DNA from: Candidatus Calescibacterium sp.
GTDB lineage: Bacteria; Calescibacteriota; Calescibacteriia; Calescibacteriales; Calescibacteriaceae
Assembly (NCBI GenBank): GCA_032249135.1
Contig: JAVVGL010000002.1
Location: forward strand, 1-64,000
Direction of reading: 5' to 3'
Length of the DNA: 64,000 nucleotides
Shown: piece after piece, positions 1 through 9,814 of the stretch
Numbering within the stretch: position 1 is the first letter of the stretch
Layout of the letters: the number at the start of each line of letters is the position of its first letter
Program-made: the position numbers and the translations under genes
Notes under the pieces: generated by a model
What the model saw: only the letters and a program-made list of their open reading frames with translations
What the model was told of the DNA's origin: nothing
Databases searched by the model: none

Positions 1-524
1 CTTATACTCCCATCAAAATTCCGCAGCTCTGAAACAATTTGCTTTATCTCCTCTGATGTTCCGGCCGGAACTTTTGCTTGCAGTAAAACTCCTATTCCTC
101 CTTTTTCAGATGAAAACTCAATTTCTCCTAAAATAGAAAACTCTCCTTTTCTTGCCGTTATAATTTGAGAAACTTTTGATTTCTTGTTTTCTACATCAGA
201 TTTATCTTTTCCTGCGATGTAGATTAAGATTTGGTCTTTTGCAATTTCTTGCCCGGTTTTCTCATCTAAAACAAACTCTTTTACATCTTCAAAACTATCT
301 TTCAAGGATAAAAGTTCAGAGGCGGTTTTTTCTTTTTTGTTATTAGCACAGTTTGAAACAAAAATAAAAGAGTTAATGAGCAGAAGCAAAATAGAAGCAA
401 AACTTAAATTCTTTTTTTCAAACCAGCTGAAAACTTTTTCAAACCGGTGTGCTCCTATTCTTTCTTTCTTTTTTTCTTTCTTTCTTTCTTTCTTTCTTTT
501 TGCATTTTGTATATCCTCCTTCAT
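1..524 (-). CDS. Predicted lipoprotein, runs off the window start; possibly the N-terminal/propeptide part of a secreted protease
   Basis: Not in the ORF track because it has no stop in the window. My translation from ATG 524 (SD GGGGAGG upstream) is open to base 1: MKEDIQNAKRKKERKKEKKKERIGAHRFEKVFSWFEKKNLSFASILLLLINSFIFVSNCANNKKEK...EIAKDQILIY. It has a hydrophobic stretch and a lipobox-like VSNC. The protease idea is inference only. Confidence 0.7.
   Translation of the reverse strand, partial: MKEDIQNAKRKKERKKEKKKERIGAHRFEKVFSWFEKKNLSFASILLLLINSFIFVSNCANNKKEKTASELLSLKDSFEDVKEFVLDEKTGQEIAKDQILIYIAGKDKSDVENKKSKVSQIITARKGEFSILGEIEFSSEKGGIGVLLQAKVPAGTSEEIKQIVSELRNFDGSI
458..501. repeat. (TTTC)n/(GAAA)n simple sequence repeat inside the 5' end of the lipoprotein gene
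   Basis: Six perfect TTTC units at 473-496, plus 2-3 more units at 458-468. Confidence 0.9.
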
Positions 525-739
525 TTTTGTTTCCTCCCCGTTTTACAAACATTATAATCATTTTTTTCTATGTTTTGTTATTTTTGTGAAATTTTTAAGA
601 AAAAAAATAATTTCAGGAAATTTTATAGAGATTTTTATCATAAGCACTACTAACTATTTATTTCGTTTTGTTTTTTTACTGTTTTCTTTGCTTGAAATTT
701 CAAGTAGTTTAGGAGGTGTAAGTTCTACTTCTTATCTTC

Positions 740-1162
740 TTATTTTTGTTCTTTTCCCTGTTGGTTTTGAGATATATCAATAATTTTGTAAAGTAAGTTT
801 TTTATATCTCTTACATCGCTTTCTATCCTTTCTATCCTCTTTTCCATAGAAACCATATATGCCTTCATCTCTCTTATATCTCCCTTCAACTCCGCTGTCT
901 CCACCTTTAAATTTGTCAGCTCCTTTCTTATCTCTTTGTTATCTTCTTCTATCTTCTCCATTCTTCTTACTAATGAATTTTCAAGGGAATCTATACGTTT
1001 GTTAGTGTCATCAATTCTTCTGTTCAGGTCATTATTTATTTCACTGATTCTTTTGTTCATGTCATCAATTCTTTTGTTTATGATATGGGTAGCAAGTGCA
1101 ATAAAGCTTCCTATAACCCCTGCTGTTCCTATTATTATGCTAAAAATTTGCAATCCATCCAT
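740..1162 (-). CDS. Membrane-anchored coiled-coil protein (Bdr/DUF1640/paREP15-like)
   Basis: N-terminal TM helix followed by NKRIDD-type repeats and heptads. Confidence 0.75.
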   Translation of the reverse strand: MDGLQIFSIIIGTAGVIGSFIALATHIINKRIDDMNKRISEINNDLNRRIDDTNKRIDSLENSLVRRMEKIEEDNKEIRKELTNLKVETAELKGDIREMKAYMVSMEKRIERIESDVRDIKNLLYKIIDISQNQQGKEQK

Positions 1163-1389
1163 AACATTTATTTTAATCGGAAAATTTATTTTTTCATTTT
1201 TCCACTAATCCTAAGAAAGGTAGCTCGTAGAACGGGTAGATGCGGTGGCAGGCACTTGGGGAAGAAAAGAAAAAGCTTGGCTCAATTTTAGATGCAGAAC
1301 AAAGAAAATATTACATAAGCGAGAATTTTAAAATCATTATTATGAAACTAAAAGACATACTTGAAGGTTATGGCTAATAACTATATTTT

Positions 1390-2484
1390 CTACTTTAGCC
1401 ACATTTCAAAATGTTTTTTTGCTTCAAACAATATCCGGTCTATATTCTGTATGGTTCTAGCTCTTTCAGGAGATTTTGCATCAGCTAATGTCAAAATTAC
1501 TTCCTTTACACTTTGAGCTATACCCTCAAGGTTGTATCCACCTTCAAGAATGAAAACAAATCCTTTTGAGCTTTTTGCTGAATTCAAAATAAGATAAGTT
1601 ATGTAAGAGAACCCTTCTTCTGTGAGCCTCATATCAGCAAGCGGATCTTTATAGTGAGCATCAAATCCAGCTGAAACTATAACTATATCTGGTGAAAACT
1701 TTTCTGCAACCGGCAACAAAATTTCCTCATATATTTTCGCATACTCCCCATCAGAAAGCCCTCCTGGTAGTGGAACATTTACAGTGTAGCCTTTTCCCTT
1801 TCCTTCACCTATTTCATCAAACCTTCCTGTTCCTGGATAAAATGGATACCTATGAGTTGAGAAAAACAAAACATCATCTCTTTTCCAGAATATGTCTTGT
1901 GTTCCGTTTCCGTGATGTACATCAAAATCTACGATGAGTATCTTTTCTGCTCCCATTTCTTTTGCTTTTTCTGCTGCTACCGCTACATTGTTATATATGC
2001 AAAATCCCATAGCTTCTCTGAAAGTCGCATGATGTCCCGGGGGTCTTGCAAGAACAAAAACTTTTTTCGTTTTCCCTTCAAGAACTTCTTGAACCGCTCT
2101 TGCAGAAGCCTGAGCTGCTCTGAAAGCTACTGATGGCGTCTCCGGGGAGTAATATGTGTCCGCATCTATACTGCCGTAATGACCTTTCAAGCTTTCTACC
2201 ATCTGGATGTGCTCTTCCGAATGAACTTTGTGTAAAAGATCAAAAACTTCTTCCGGCGGTACTTTATCTATGTCCTCTATCTCTTTGAGCATCTTCCACA
2301 CTCCCGATATTTTTAAAGTCTCAACTATTGCAGTAAGCCTTGATGGATTTTCAGGATGAGAATAAAACGGTTTATGTTCAAGAAAATATTCATCATATAT
2401 TATACCTACTTCTTTTTCTTCTTCTATTTTTTCCTCCTCTATTATATCTCTCTCTTCTTCGCCCCCTCCGTTGAATTTTGTCAT
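1390..2484 (-). CDS. Histone deacetylase family (class II-like) Zn-dependent deacetylase
   Basis: HPENPSRL, RPPGHHA, GFCIYNN, DFDVHHGNGTQ, SAGFDAH and LEGGY motifs. Confidence 0.95.
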   Translation of the reverse strand: MTKFNGGGEEERDIIEEEKIEEEKEVGIIYDEYFLEHKPFYSHPENPSRLTAIVETLKISGVWKMLKEIEDIDKVPPEEVFDLLHKVHSEEHIQMVESLKGHYGSIDADTYYSPETPSVAFRAAQASARAVQEVLEGKTKKVFVLARPPGHHATFREAMGFCIYNNVAVAAEKAKEMGAEKILIVDFDVHHGNGTQDIFWKRDDVLFFSTHRYPFYPGTGRFDEIGEGKGKGYTVNVPLPGGLSDGEYAKIYEEILLPVAEKFSPDIVIVSAGFDAHYKDPLADMRLTEEGFSYITYLILNSAKSSKGFVFILEGGYNLEGIAQSVKEVILTLADAKSPERARTIQNIDRILFEAKKHFEMWLK

Positions 2485-2590
2485 AATAAAAATAAATAAT
2501 CTTTTTAATCTTTAATTGATATATTTTTACTTTTGTCTGTTGCTTTAATAAAAAAATTTTCTGTTTGAGAAAAGTTTCAAATTATTCATT

Positions 2591-3484
2591 TTAGTTCTGC
2601 ATATTTACCATTAGCTTCTCTATTTTCTTTGATACTTTGAAAAACCTTGCTATTTCATATCCTAACTCAGGTGATCTTTCATAATATATCAGAAGAAATT
2701 TTGCAAGTTTCAAGTCATTATCTTCAAGTTTATCTAACTCTTTCAGCTTTGATTTTTCTTTTTCTCCAAGAGATAAAGCCGGATTTATTGAAAATAATAC
2801 AGAAAGCCTATCAAGTTCTAAGATGAAATCAGAAAATTTCGGAGTTTTGCTTGCAATTTTGATCTCGCTCCAAAACCTATCCCCCTCAACATTCTTGAAT
2901 GCTCCTATCTCCTTTGCCAGTTCAAGGGATTCAAGAGTTTCCTCAGCTATCTCAAAATCTAAAACTACTTTTAGTCTTGCTGCTCTTAGAATTCTTGTTG
3001 GGTCATCTGAAATACTTTTCCTGTGAAGAACTCTTATTTTCCTTTTTTTTATATCTTCAATTCCACCAAATAAATCTATAACTTTGTAATCTTTTGATGG
3101 GTCAATTTCCATAGCCATAGCATTTATAGTAAAATCTCTCCTTTTCAAATCTCTTTCTATGTTGTCAACAAAGAAAACTTTTGGATGTTTCCCGGGAACA
3201 GGATAAAATTCCTCCCGTGCTCTTGCAAAATCTATTACTCCTCCAAAAAACTCAAATCCTATCGTTCCAAATTTTTCATATTTTTTCAGATTTTTACCCA
3301 TAAGTCTTCCAAAAAGTTTCATAGCAAGAGGTTCTGGATTACCCTCAACTACAAAATCAAAATCGCTCACAGGCTTTTTCAATATTATATCTCTTACAAA
3401 TCCACCCACTGCACATACCCTGATTTCACCTTTTTCCTCAAGAACTGGTTTTATTACAAAATCATATTTTTCAATATCGTGCAT
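2591..3484 (-). CDS. Class II tRNA nucleotidyltransferase (CCA family, A-adding-like)
   Basis: VGGFVRD..DFDFVV, DLKRRDFTINAMA, DDPTRILRAAR. Start placed at ATG 3484 (MHDIEK); the ORF track extends it to 3547. Confidence 0.9.
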   Translation of the reverse strand: MHDIEKYDFVIKPVLEEKGEIRVCAVGGFVRDIILKKPVSDFDFVVEGNPEPLAMKLFGRLMGKNLKKYEKFGTIGFEFFGGVIDFARAREEFYPVPGKHPKVFFVDNIERDLKRRDFTINAMAMEIDPSKDYKVIDLFGGIEDIKKRKIRVLHRKSISDDPTRILRAARLKVVLDFEIAEETLESLELAKEIGAFKNVEGDRFWSEIKIASKTPKFSDFILELDRLSVLFSINPALSLGEKEKSKLKELDKLEDNDLKLAKFLLIYYERSPELGYEIARFFKVSKKIEKLMVNMQN

Positions 3485-3562
3485 GATGAAAATTCCCAAA
3501 CAGCCAATAAAAGATATTGCCAAAAAAGAAGATTGGTATTTTTTCATTTAACCTTTCTTGAT

Positions 3563-4861
3563 ATGGATTTCGTACCCCACACCGAAGAAGAAATAAGAGA
3601 AATGATGGAATTTTTAGGTATAAAATCCCTAGATGATCTATTTGATGATATTCCCGAAAAGTTCAAGGTAGATAATTTAGGATTAGGAAAAGGATTAGAT
3701 GAAATTGAAGTTTTAAAATTAGCTCAGAAAATAGCAAACAAAAATAAATTTTATTTTTATTCACTTGCAGGTTGTGGAGTATATTTTCATTATGTTCCAG
3801 CAGTTTGTGATTTCGTATCTTCTCTTCCAGGATTTTTCACTTCTTACACTCCATATCAAGCCGAAATGAGCCAAGGAATTATGAAAGCTTTATTTTATTT
3901 TCAGTCCCTCATGACGGAGCTTTTTAATATGGATGTTTCAAATGCAGGTATGTATGGAGGTGCTTCGGCTCTTGCGGAAGCTTGCATTATGGCTCACAAA
4001 ATCACAAAAAAGAAAGTTCTTCTTTCAGCAGGAATTAATCCACTCTGGCTCGAAGTCGTCACATCATATCTCAAATCTTCTGAAATTGAATTTGATATAA
4101 TACCTTTGAAAGATGGAAGAACTCAAATTAAAGAAAATGAAGATATATTCGTTATACAGTACCCTAATTTTTTGGGAGTTATTGAAGATATAGAAGATGC
4201 AAGAAGAAAATCAAAAGGAATTTTAGTTGTCGCAGTTCCAGATCCCATAGATATGGCTATCTTAGAACCTCCAGGAAGTTTTGGAGCAGATATTGTAGTT
4301 TCAGAAGGGCAGCCACTTGGAAATTATCCGTATTTTGGTGGATCAAATTTGGGAATTTTTCTCACAAAAAAAGAAAACATAAGAAGGATGCCGGGAAGAA
4401 TTATTGGAGAGACGGAAGATAAAGAAGGTAATACATGCTATGCTATGATTTTACAAACTCGCGAGCAACATATAAGAAGAGAAAAAGCAACATCTAATAT
4501 ATGTACATCTACTTCCTTGCTTGCAGTAAGAGCAGCTGTATTTTTGAAATATTACGGAGCCGAGGGTCTTAGAAAAATAGCCCAAATTTCCGAAAAAAAT
4601 TCATTGTTTTTAAGAGAGAAATTAAAACCTATCTTTCAAGCAGAGTATCTCAAAGAGTTCCCAGTTTATGCTGATATAGATGAAGAAAAATTTTTGGAGA
4701 ACGAAATTTTACCCCCAATAAGGTTAGAAAGAATCTTGCCAAAGTTTCTTGATGAAATTGAGTTTGAAGCTTTGACCGGTCTCAAAAAAGATGCTTATAT
4801 TATATGTACTACTGAAATTTTCTCCGATGAAGAAATAAAAAAAGTCAGAGAACTTTTCTGA
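3563..4861 (+). CDS. gcvPA: Glycine dehydrogenase (decarboxylating) subunit 1
   Basis: MDFVPHT..EM start, FTSYTPYQAEMSQG, QTREQHIRREKATSNICT. True start is ATG 3563, not 3185. Confidence 0.95.
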   Translation: MDFVPHTEEEIREMMEFLGIKSLDDLFDDIPEKFKVDNLGLGKGLDEIEVLKLAQKIANKNKFYFYSLAGCGVYFHYVPAVCDFVSSLPGFFTSYTPYQAEMSQGIMKALFYFQSLMTELFNMDVSNAGMYGGASALAEACIMAHKITKKKVLLSAGINPLWLEVVTSYLKSSEIEFDIIPLKDGRTQIKENEDIFVIQYPNFLGVIEDIEDARRKSKGILVVAVPDPIDMAILEPPGSFGADIVVSEGQPLGNYPYFGGSNLGIFLTKKENIRRMPGRIIGETEDKEGNTCYAMILQTREQHIRREKATSNICTSTSLLAVRAAVFLKYYGAEGLRKIAQISEKNSLFLREKLKPIFQAEYLKEFPVYADIDEEKFLENEILPPIRLERILPKFLDEIEFEALTGLKKDAYIICTTEIFSDEEIKKVRELF

Positions 4862-4862
4862 T

Positions 4863-6662
4863 ATGAAGTTCAAAGAAAACAAAAGAAACTTTTGTATAAT
4901 AGCTCATGTAGATCACGGAAAATCAACCCTTGCAGATAGATTCTTGGAGATAACTGGTGCAGTTGATCCGAAAAAAATGAGAGAACAGTTCCTTGATAAT
5001 CTAAAAGTGGAAAGAGAAAGAGGAATAACTGTAAGGTCTCAGACGGCTTACCTTGAATATAATTACAACGGCGTAAAGTATGAACTCAATCTCATAGATA
5101 CCCCAGGACACGCTGATTTTCAATATGAAGTATCCCGGGCTATGTCTGCTTGTGAGGGAGCAATATTGCTCGTTGATGGGACACAGGGAGTTCAAGCCCA
5201 AACTCTATCTTACGCATATTGGGCAGTTGAAAGGGGACTTGAAATCGTTATTGCAATAAACAAAATAGATTTGCCATCTTGTGATGTTGAAAGAACAAAA
5301 AGACAAATAGAAGATATAATAGGACTTGATACATCAGATATAGTTCTTGTAAGTGCAAGAACAGGACAGGGAGTAAAAGAGTTGCTTGAAAAGGTTATAA
5401 ACAAAATTCCTCCTCCAAAGTATGAAGAGGGTGCACCTCTTTCTGCCTTGATTTTTGATTCCTGGTATGATCAGTACTGGGGAGTCGTAGCTCTTGTTAG
5501 AGTATTTAATGGGAAAATATCAAAAGGGGATAAAGTTAAGGTTTTCTCAACAGGAAAAATTTTCAATGTTTTGAGATTAGGAGTTGTAAGAGGAGGAGAA
5601 ACTTTTGATAGAGATTTTATTGAAGAAGGTGATGTCGGATTTATAATTTTAGGAACAAAAAATATAGGAGATCTTAAAGTTGGAGATACTATAACTTCTG
5701 CTACAAATCCTGTATCTCGCCCAATTCCCGGGTTCCGTGAGATAAAACCCGTGGTTTTTGCTTCTTTTTATCCACAAGAACCAGAGGAATATGAAAAACT
5801 AAAAGATGCCCTTGAGAAATTAAAGCTCAATGATTATTCCCTTGAAGTAGAGTATGAAAATTCACCCGCCTTGGGAGCTGGGTTCAGAATAGGTTTCTCT
5901 GGGACTTTACACATGGAAGTTACATCTCAAAGATTAAAAGATGAATTTGGTGTAGATGTAGTTACAACTTTTCCACAAGTTGCATATAAAATTACTCTCA
6001 AAAACGGAGAGGAAATAGAGGTAAAAAGTCCTTCCCAATTCCCTTCACCAGATAGGATACAAACTATAAAGGAACCGAAAGTAAGAGTTACCATCCATAC
6101 TCCCCAAGAATACATCGGAAATATTCTGAGAATTTGTGAAGAAAGAAGGGGAAAAAAGTTGGATCTCAAAATTTCATCCGATATGGCGGTTATAACTTAT
6201 TCTATGCCACTATCTTCTATTATTTTTGGTTTCAACGATGAGATAAAAGCTTCATCAAAAGGATTTGCTTCCTGGGATTACGAATTTGAGGGCTGGGAAG
6301 AAGCAGATATTGTCAAACTTGACACCTATATAAACCAAAAAAAAGTTGATGAACTTTCTATTATTGTTCCACGGGAGGAAGCTCAAAGAAAAGCAAGGGA
6401 AATTGCTCAAAGGTTAAGAGAACTTATACCTCGCCAGCTTTTTGAGGTTGTAATTCAGGTCGGAATTGGTTCAAGGATACTTGCAAGAGAAGAAATAAAA
6501 CCTTATAGAAAAGATGTTACAGCAAAGTGCTATGGTGGAGATGTGACAAGAAAGATAAAACTCCTTGAAAAACAAAAAGAAGGGAAGAAGAAATTGAAAA
6601 TGATAGGAAATGTTGAAATTCCCCCAAATGCATTTATTGAAGTTTTTAAAGTCAAAACTTAA
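4863..6662 (+). CDS. lepA: Elongation factor 4 (LepA)
   Basis: AHVDHGKSTLADR, ERERGIT, DTPGH, NKID, C-terminal KDVTAKCYGGDVTRKIKLLEKQKEGKK. Confidence 0.98.
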   Translation: MKFKENKRNFCIIAHVDHGKSTLADRFLEITGAVDPKKMREQFLDNLKVERERGITVRSQTAYLEYNYNGVKYELNLIDTPGHADFQYEVSRAMSACEGAILLVDGTQGVQAQTLSYAYWAVERGLEIVIAINKIDLPSCDVERTKRQIEDIIGLDTSDIVLVSARTGQGVKELLEKVINKIPPPKYEEGAPLSALIFDSWYDQYWGVVALVRVFNGKISKGDKVKVFSTGKIFNVLRLGVVRGGETFDRDFIEEGDVGFIILGTKNIGDLKVGDTITSATNPVSRPIPGFREIKPVVFASFYPQEPEEYEKLKDALEKLKLNDYSLEVEYENSPALGAGFRIGFSGTLHMEVTSQRLKDEFGVDVVTTFPQVAYKITLKNGEEIEVKSPSQFPSPDRIQTIKEPKVRVTIHTPQEYIGNILRICEERRGKKLDLKISSDMAVITYSMPLSSIIFGFNDEIKASSKGFASWDYEFEGWEEADIVKLDTYINQKKVDELSIIVPREEAQRKAREIAQRLRELIPRQLFEVVIQVGIGSRILAREEIKPYRKDVTAKCYGGDVTRKIKLLEKQKEGKKKLKMIGNVEIPPNAFIEVFKVKT

Positions 6663-6671
6663 AGCAAAAAC

Positions 6672-7526
6672 TTATTGCTTAAAAATCAAATTATTTCTCA
6701 ATTCAATCAGCTTTTCAGCAATTTTTAGGTCTTCAAAATATGTTATCTTTATATTTTCTCTCTCACCTTTTATTCCGAATATTTTTTGTTGTGATGAGAA
6801 TATGAATCCTGCAAGATCAGTAAATCTCAACTCTTCTAATTTTTTTCCTTTTTTTGTGTGAAATTCTATAGCTCTTTCTATCAGATTGTATTTGAACGCT
6901 TGGGGAGTTTGAATGAGAGCAACTTTTTGCCTATCTATCTCGTCATCAAATAAAAATATATCGTTGTTTCCATTCTCTACTATATTCCCTTTTTTTATTT
7001 TATATTTTCTTATTGTTCTGACTGTCTCGTATGGAGTCAAAAAAGGTACAGCAGAGCCTACTTTTTTAGCAGAGTTTATTGTTTTTTTTAGTAAGTTTAG
7101 GGAAAATAGAGGTCTTGCGCCATCGTGTTCAACTATAATATCATCTTTTTTCGGTTGCAGCCTTTGAACTGTTTTGAGTGAGTTCAAAAAAGATTCCCAC
7201 CGTGTTTTCCCTCCATATACAGTAAATATTTCCTTTGTTTTTCCTTTGCCAACATATTTTTTTGCAATTTCATCTACTTCTATAAAAATTTCTTTATTCT
7301 TTGGCGGAGTCGCAATTACGAGAAAATCAACAGATCCAATGAACTTTTCTATTGAATACTCTATTATTTTTTTCCCCCCAAGTTCTAAAAAACATTTTGG
7401 TTTTGCTATTTTTTCAAAAAGGTAAAGATCATTCGTTCCTTTTCCCTTTTTGAGAAAGCCTTTTTTGAATCTTTCACTTTTTCCTGCTGCAAGTATTATT
7501 CCAAATACTCTGATTTTTTCTCCCAT
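6672..7526 (-). CDS. ispD: 2-C-methyl-D-erythritol 4-phosphate cytidylyltransferase
   Basis: ILAAGKSERF, GGKTRWES, HDGARP, QTPQAF, NIKITY.EDL. Confidence 0.92.
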   Translation of the reverse strand: MGEKIRVFGIILAAGKSERFKKGFLKKGKGTNDLYLFEKIAKPKCFLELGGKKIIEYSIEKFIGSVDFLVIATPPKNKEIFIEVDEIAKKYVGKGKTKEIFTVYGGKTRWESFLNSLKTVQRLQPKKDDIIVEHDGARPLFSLNLLKKTINSAKKVGSAVPFLTPYETVRTIRKYKIKKGNIVENGNNDIFLFDDEIDRQKVALIQTPQAFKYNLIERAIEFHTKKGKKLEELRFTDLAGFIFSSQQKIFGIKGERENIKITYFEDLKIAEKLIELRNNLIFKQ

Positions 7527-7596
7527 CTCCTTTTATTTTTTCTTCTTTTTTCTTATCCTTTCTTTTGTTTCTTCATTTTTTAGGTTTATTCCATTT

Positions 7597-8448
7597 TTAA
7601 AGAAGTTCATCGAGAGTTTTCTCCGTTTTTCTGTAAAAAAACATTCCGCTTTCAAAAACTGGTTCAAAAATTTCTGAAACTATACGAATTCTTTCAGCTG
7701 GTCCTAAAACAAGAAAACCCGATTTTTTCAAAATATACCAAAAATATTCTGCAACCTTGTTTCTTGAACTCTCATCAAAGTATATTATTACATTTTTACA
7801 GAATATAACATCAAATTTGCCCAAAAGCCTCATTTTAAGTTTATCCATAAGATTTACTCTTTCAAATGAGACATATTTTTTGACTATATCTTTTATTCTC
7901 CAATCATCTTGATCTATTTTATCAAAGTACTTTGTAAGAATAAACGGAGGAACACTTCTTACTGAGTAAGATGAATATATTCCCTCCTTCGCCCTCTCTA
8001 TGAAATTTTCGTTTATATCCACACCTAAAACTTTGAAATTTGCAAGTGGAAATTTTTCTAACATGTATATTGCGAGAGTGTAAGGTTCCTCCCCTGTTGC
8101 ACAACCTGCTGAAAGAATTGTTATAATATCTGAATTTTGTATTCTTTGCTGTACATACCCACGGAAAACCTTGTCAAAAAAAGTATCAAGTTGAATTTTA
8201 TCTCTGAAAAACTGGGTTTCTCCTATCGTTATTGATTCAATAAGTTCCTTCAATTCTTTTGACGAATCTTTCAGTAAAGCTATATACTCCTTCGGCTTTA
8301 ATCTCGTTATCTTCAATCTTGATGAAGTTTTGAATTTCAGAAAGTATAATTTTGAGTCCTCAATATATATGCCACTATGTTTCCATATTATATTCCTTAT
8401 ATCTTTTATCTCTTCCTCCGTAAAATCATAAATTCCTTCCTGCGACAT
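7597..8448 (-). CDS. cheR: Chemotaxis protein-glutamate methyltransferase
   Basis: TIGETQFFRD, SAGCATGEEPYTLA, FDVIFCKNVIIYFD. ATG 8448 preferred; TTG 8466 is possible. Confidence 0.95.
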   Translation of the reverse strand: MSQEGIYDFTEEEIKDIRNIIWKHSGIYIEDSKLYFLKFKTSSRLKITRLKPKEYIALLKDSSKELKELIESITIGETQFFRDKIQLDTFFDKVFRGYVQQRIQNSDIITILSAGCATGEEPYTLAIYMLEKFPLANFKVLGVDINENFIERAKEGIYSSYSVRSVPPFILTKYFDKIDQDDWRIKDIVKKYVSFERVNLMDKLKMRLLGKFDVIFCKNVIIYFDESSRNKVAEYFWYILKKSGFLVLGPAERIRIVSEIFEPVFESGMFFYRKTEKTLDELL

Positions 8449-8609
8449 ATATCTACTATCAATCAACTATCAGCATAAGGTAAGCAAAAAGCTAATAGTA
8501 CCCAAAAAAATTTATTCACTCCTTCTGTGAATTTTCTAAATTTTTCACTTTTTTGAAAAAATAATAATTTTTTTCTAAATAAAAATTTTTATAGACCGAC
8601 TTTATTCGT

Positions 8610-9812
8610 ATGAATGTAATTGACCTTTCTCCGAAGCCTCGCATAAGAGAGAATATAGAAGTAATGCCCATTGGGGATGGGAAGTTCCTCTTGCGTGATG
8701 TCGCAGGATATACAGACAAAACAATCATACTTAACGAAATCTCAGTTATCATACTATCTATGCTTGATGGCAAAAGAACCGAAAATGATATAAAACAAGC
8801 TTTACAAACTATGTACAATATAAGCATACCAGAAAATGAAATCAAAAACTTTATAAAGATACTTGATGAAAACGGATTTCTGGATTCCCCAAATTTCAGA
8901 ACCATAAAGGAAAGTAAAAAACTGGAGTTCAAGTCACAAAAGATAAGGAAATCAATCCTTTCCGGTAAATCCTTCCCGCCAGGAGGAAAAGAAGCAGAAA
9001 AATTTTTTGAGTCAATCCTTGAACTTTTTCCATCGCAAGATAAATCAGAAAATATTTTTGGAGTAATATCCCCCCATATAGAAATAACTAATGGTATGAA
9101 AATTTATGGGAAAGTTTGGAATTTTATAAAGAATTCAATCAAAGAACAAGAAGTTTTTTTTGTTGTGCTTGGAACATCTCACGCTGCATCTCCTCATCCA
9201 TTTATTCTTACAGATAAAGATTTTGAAACCCCATTTGGAATTCTCAAAAACTGCAAAGACATCGTGTTAAAATTGAAAGAGACTCTTGGTAATTCCACTT
9301 TTGAAGATGAATTCCTGCACAAAAATGAACATTCAGTAGAAAACCAAGCTGTTTTTATAAAGTTCCTTTTTCCCCAAGCTCAAATCATCCCTATCTTGTG
9401 TTCCTATTCAGAAAGTAATGAAAATACTTTCAATGACCTTGTTTCAAAAATGAAAGATGTTCTATTTTCTGAACTGAGAGGTAAAAAATTTGTCCTCATT
9501 GCAGGGGCAGATTTTGCTCATATAGGTACAAGATTTGGAGACGGTCCTTGCACCCCATACGATATATCTTTGGTAAGACTTAAAGATATAGTTTCTTTAA
9601 GTAAGTTTGCATCTAATTCTGCAAAAGGCTTTTTAGATAGTGTCATGTCAGATGGGAACTCCCGACGTGTTTGTGGGTTTTCTCCAATATTTGCTCTTTT
9701 AAAAATATCAGAAGGTCTTAAAACAGAAGGGGGAATTATAGGGTGGGATATATGGATAGATGAAACCGCTTCTGCTGTGAGCTTCGGAGCCGCATATCTT
9801 TCCTTAACATAG
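8610..9812 (+). CDS. AmmeMemoRadiSam system protein B (MEMO1 family), long form with an extra N-terminal winged-helix/PqqD-like domain
   Basis: SPHI, GTSH, EHSVE, ADFAHIG..FGD, RVCG, VSFGA motifs. About 100 extra N-terminal residues (LDGKRT..DI...L.E.GFL). Confidence 0.88.
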   Translation: MNVIDLSPKPRIRENIEVMPIGDGKFLLRDVAGYTDKTIILNEISVIILSMLDGKRTENDIKQALQTMYNISIPENEIKNFIKILDENGFLDSPNFRTIKESKKLEFKSQKIRKSILSGKSFPPGGKEAEKFFESILELFPSQDKSENIFGVISPHIEITNGMKIYGKVWNFIKNSIKEQEVFFVVLGTSHAASPHPFILTDKDFETPFGILKNCKDIVLKLKETLGNSTFEDEFLHKNEHSVENQAVFIKFLFPQAQIIPILCSYSESNENTFNDLVSKMKDVLFSELRGKKFVLIAGADFAHIGTRFGDGPCTPYDISLVRLKDIVSLSKFASNSAKGFLDSVMSDGNSRRVCGFSPIFALLKISEGLKTEGGIIGWDIWIDETASAVSFGAAYLSLT

Positions 9813-9814
9813 CT

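Noticed and set aside
3185..3562. 126-aa N-terminal extension of GcvPA in the ORF track
   Set aside because: It is antisense to the nucleotidyltransferase gene; homology starts at MDFVPH (3563).
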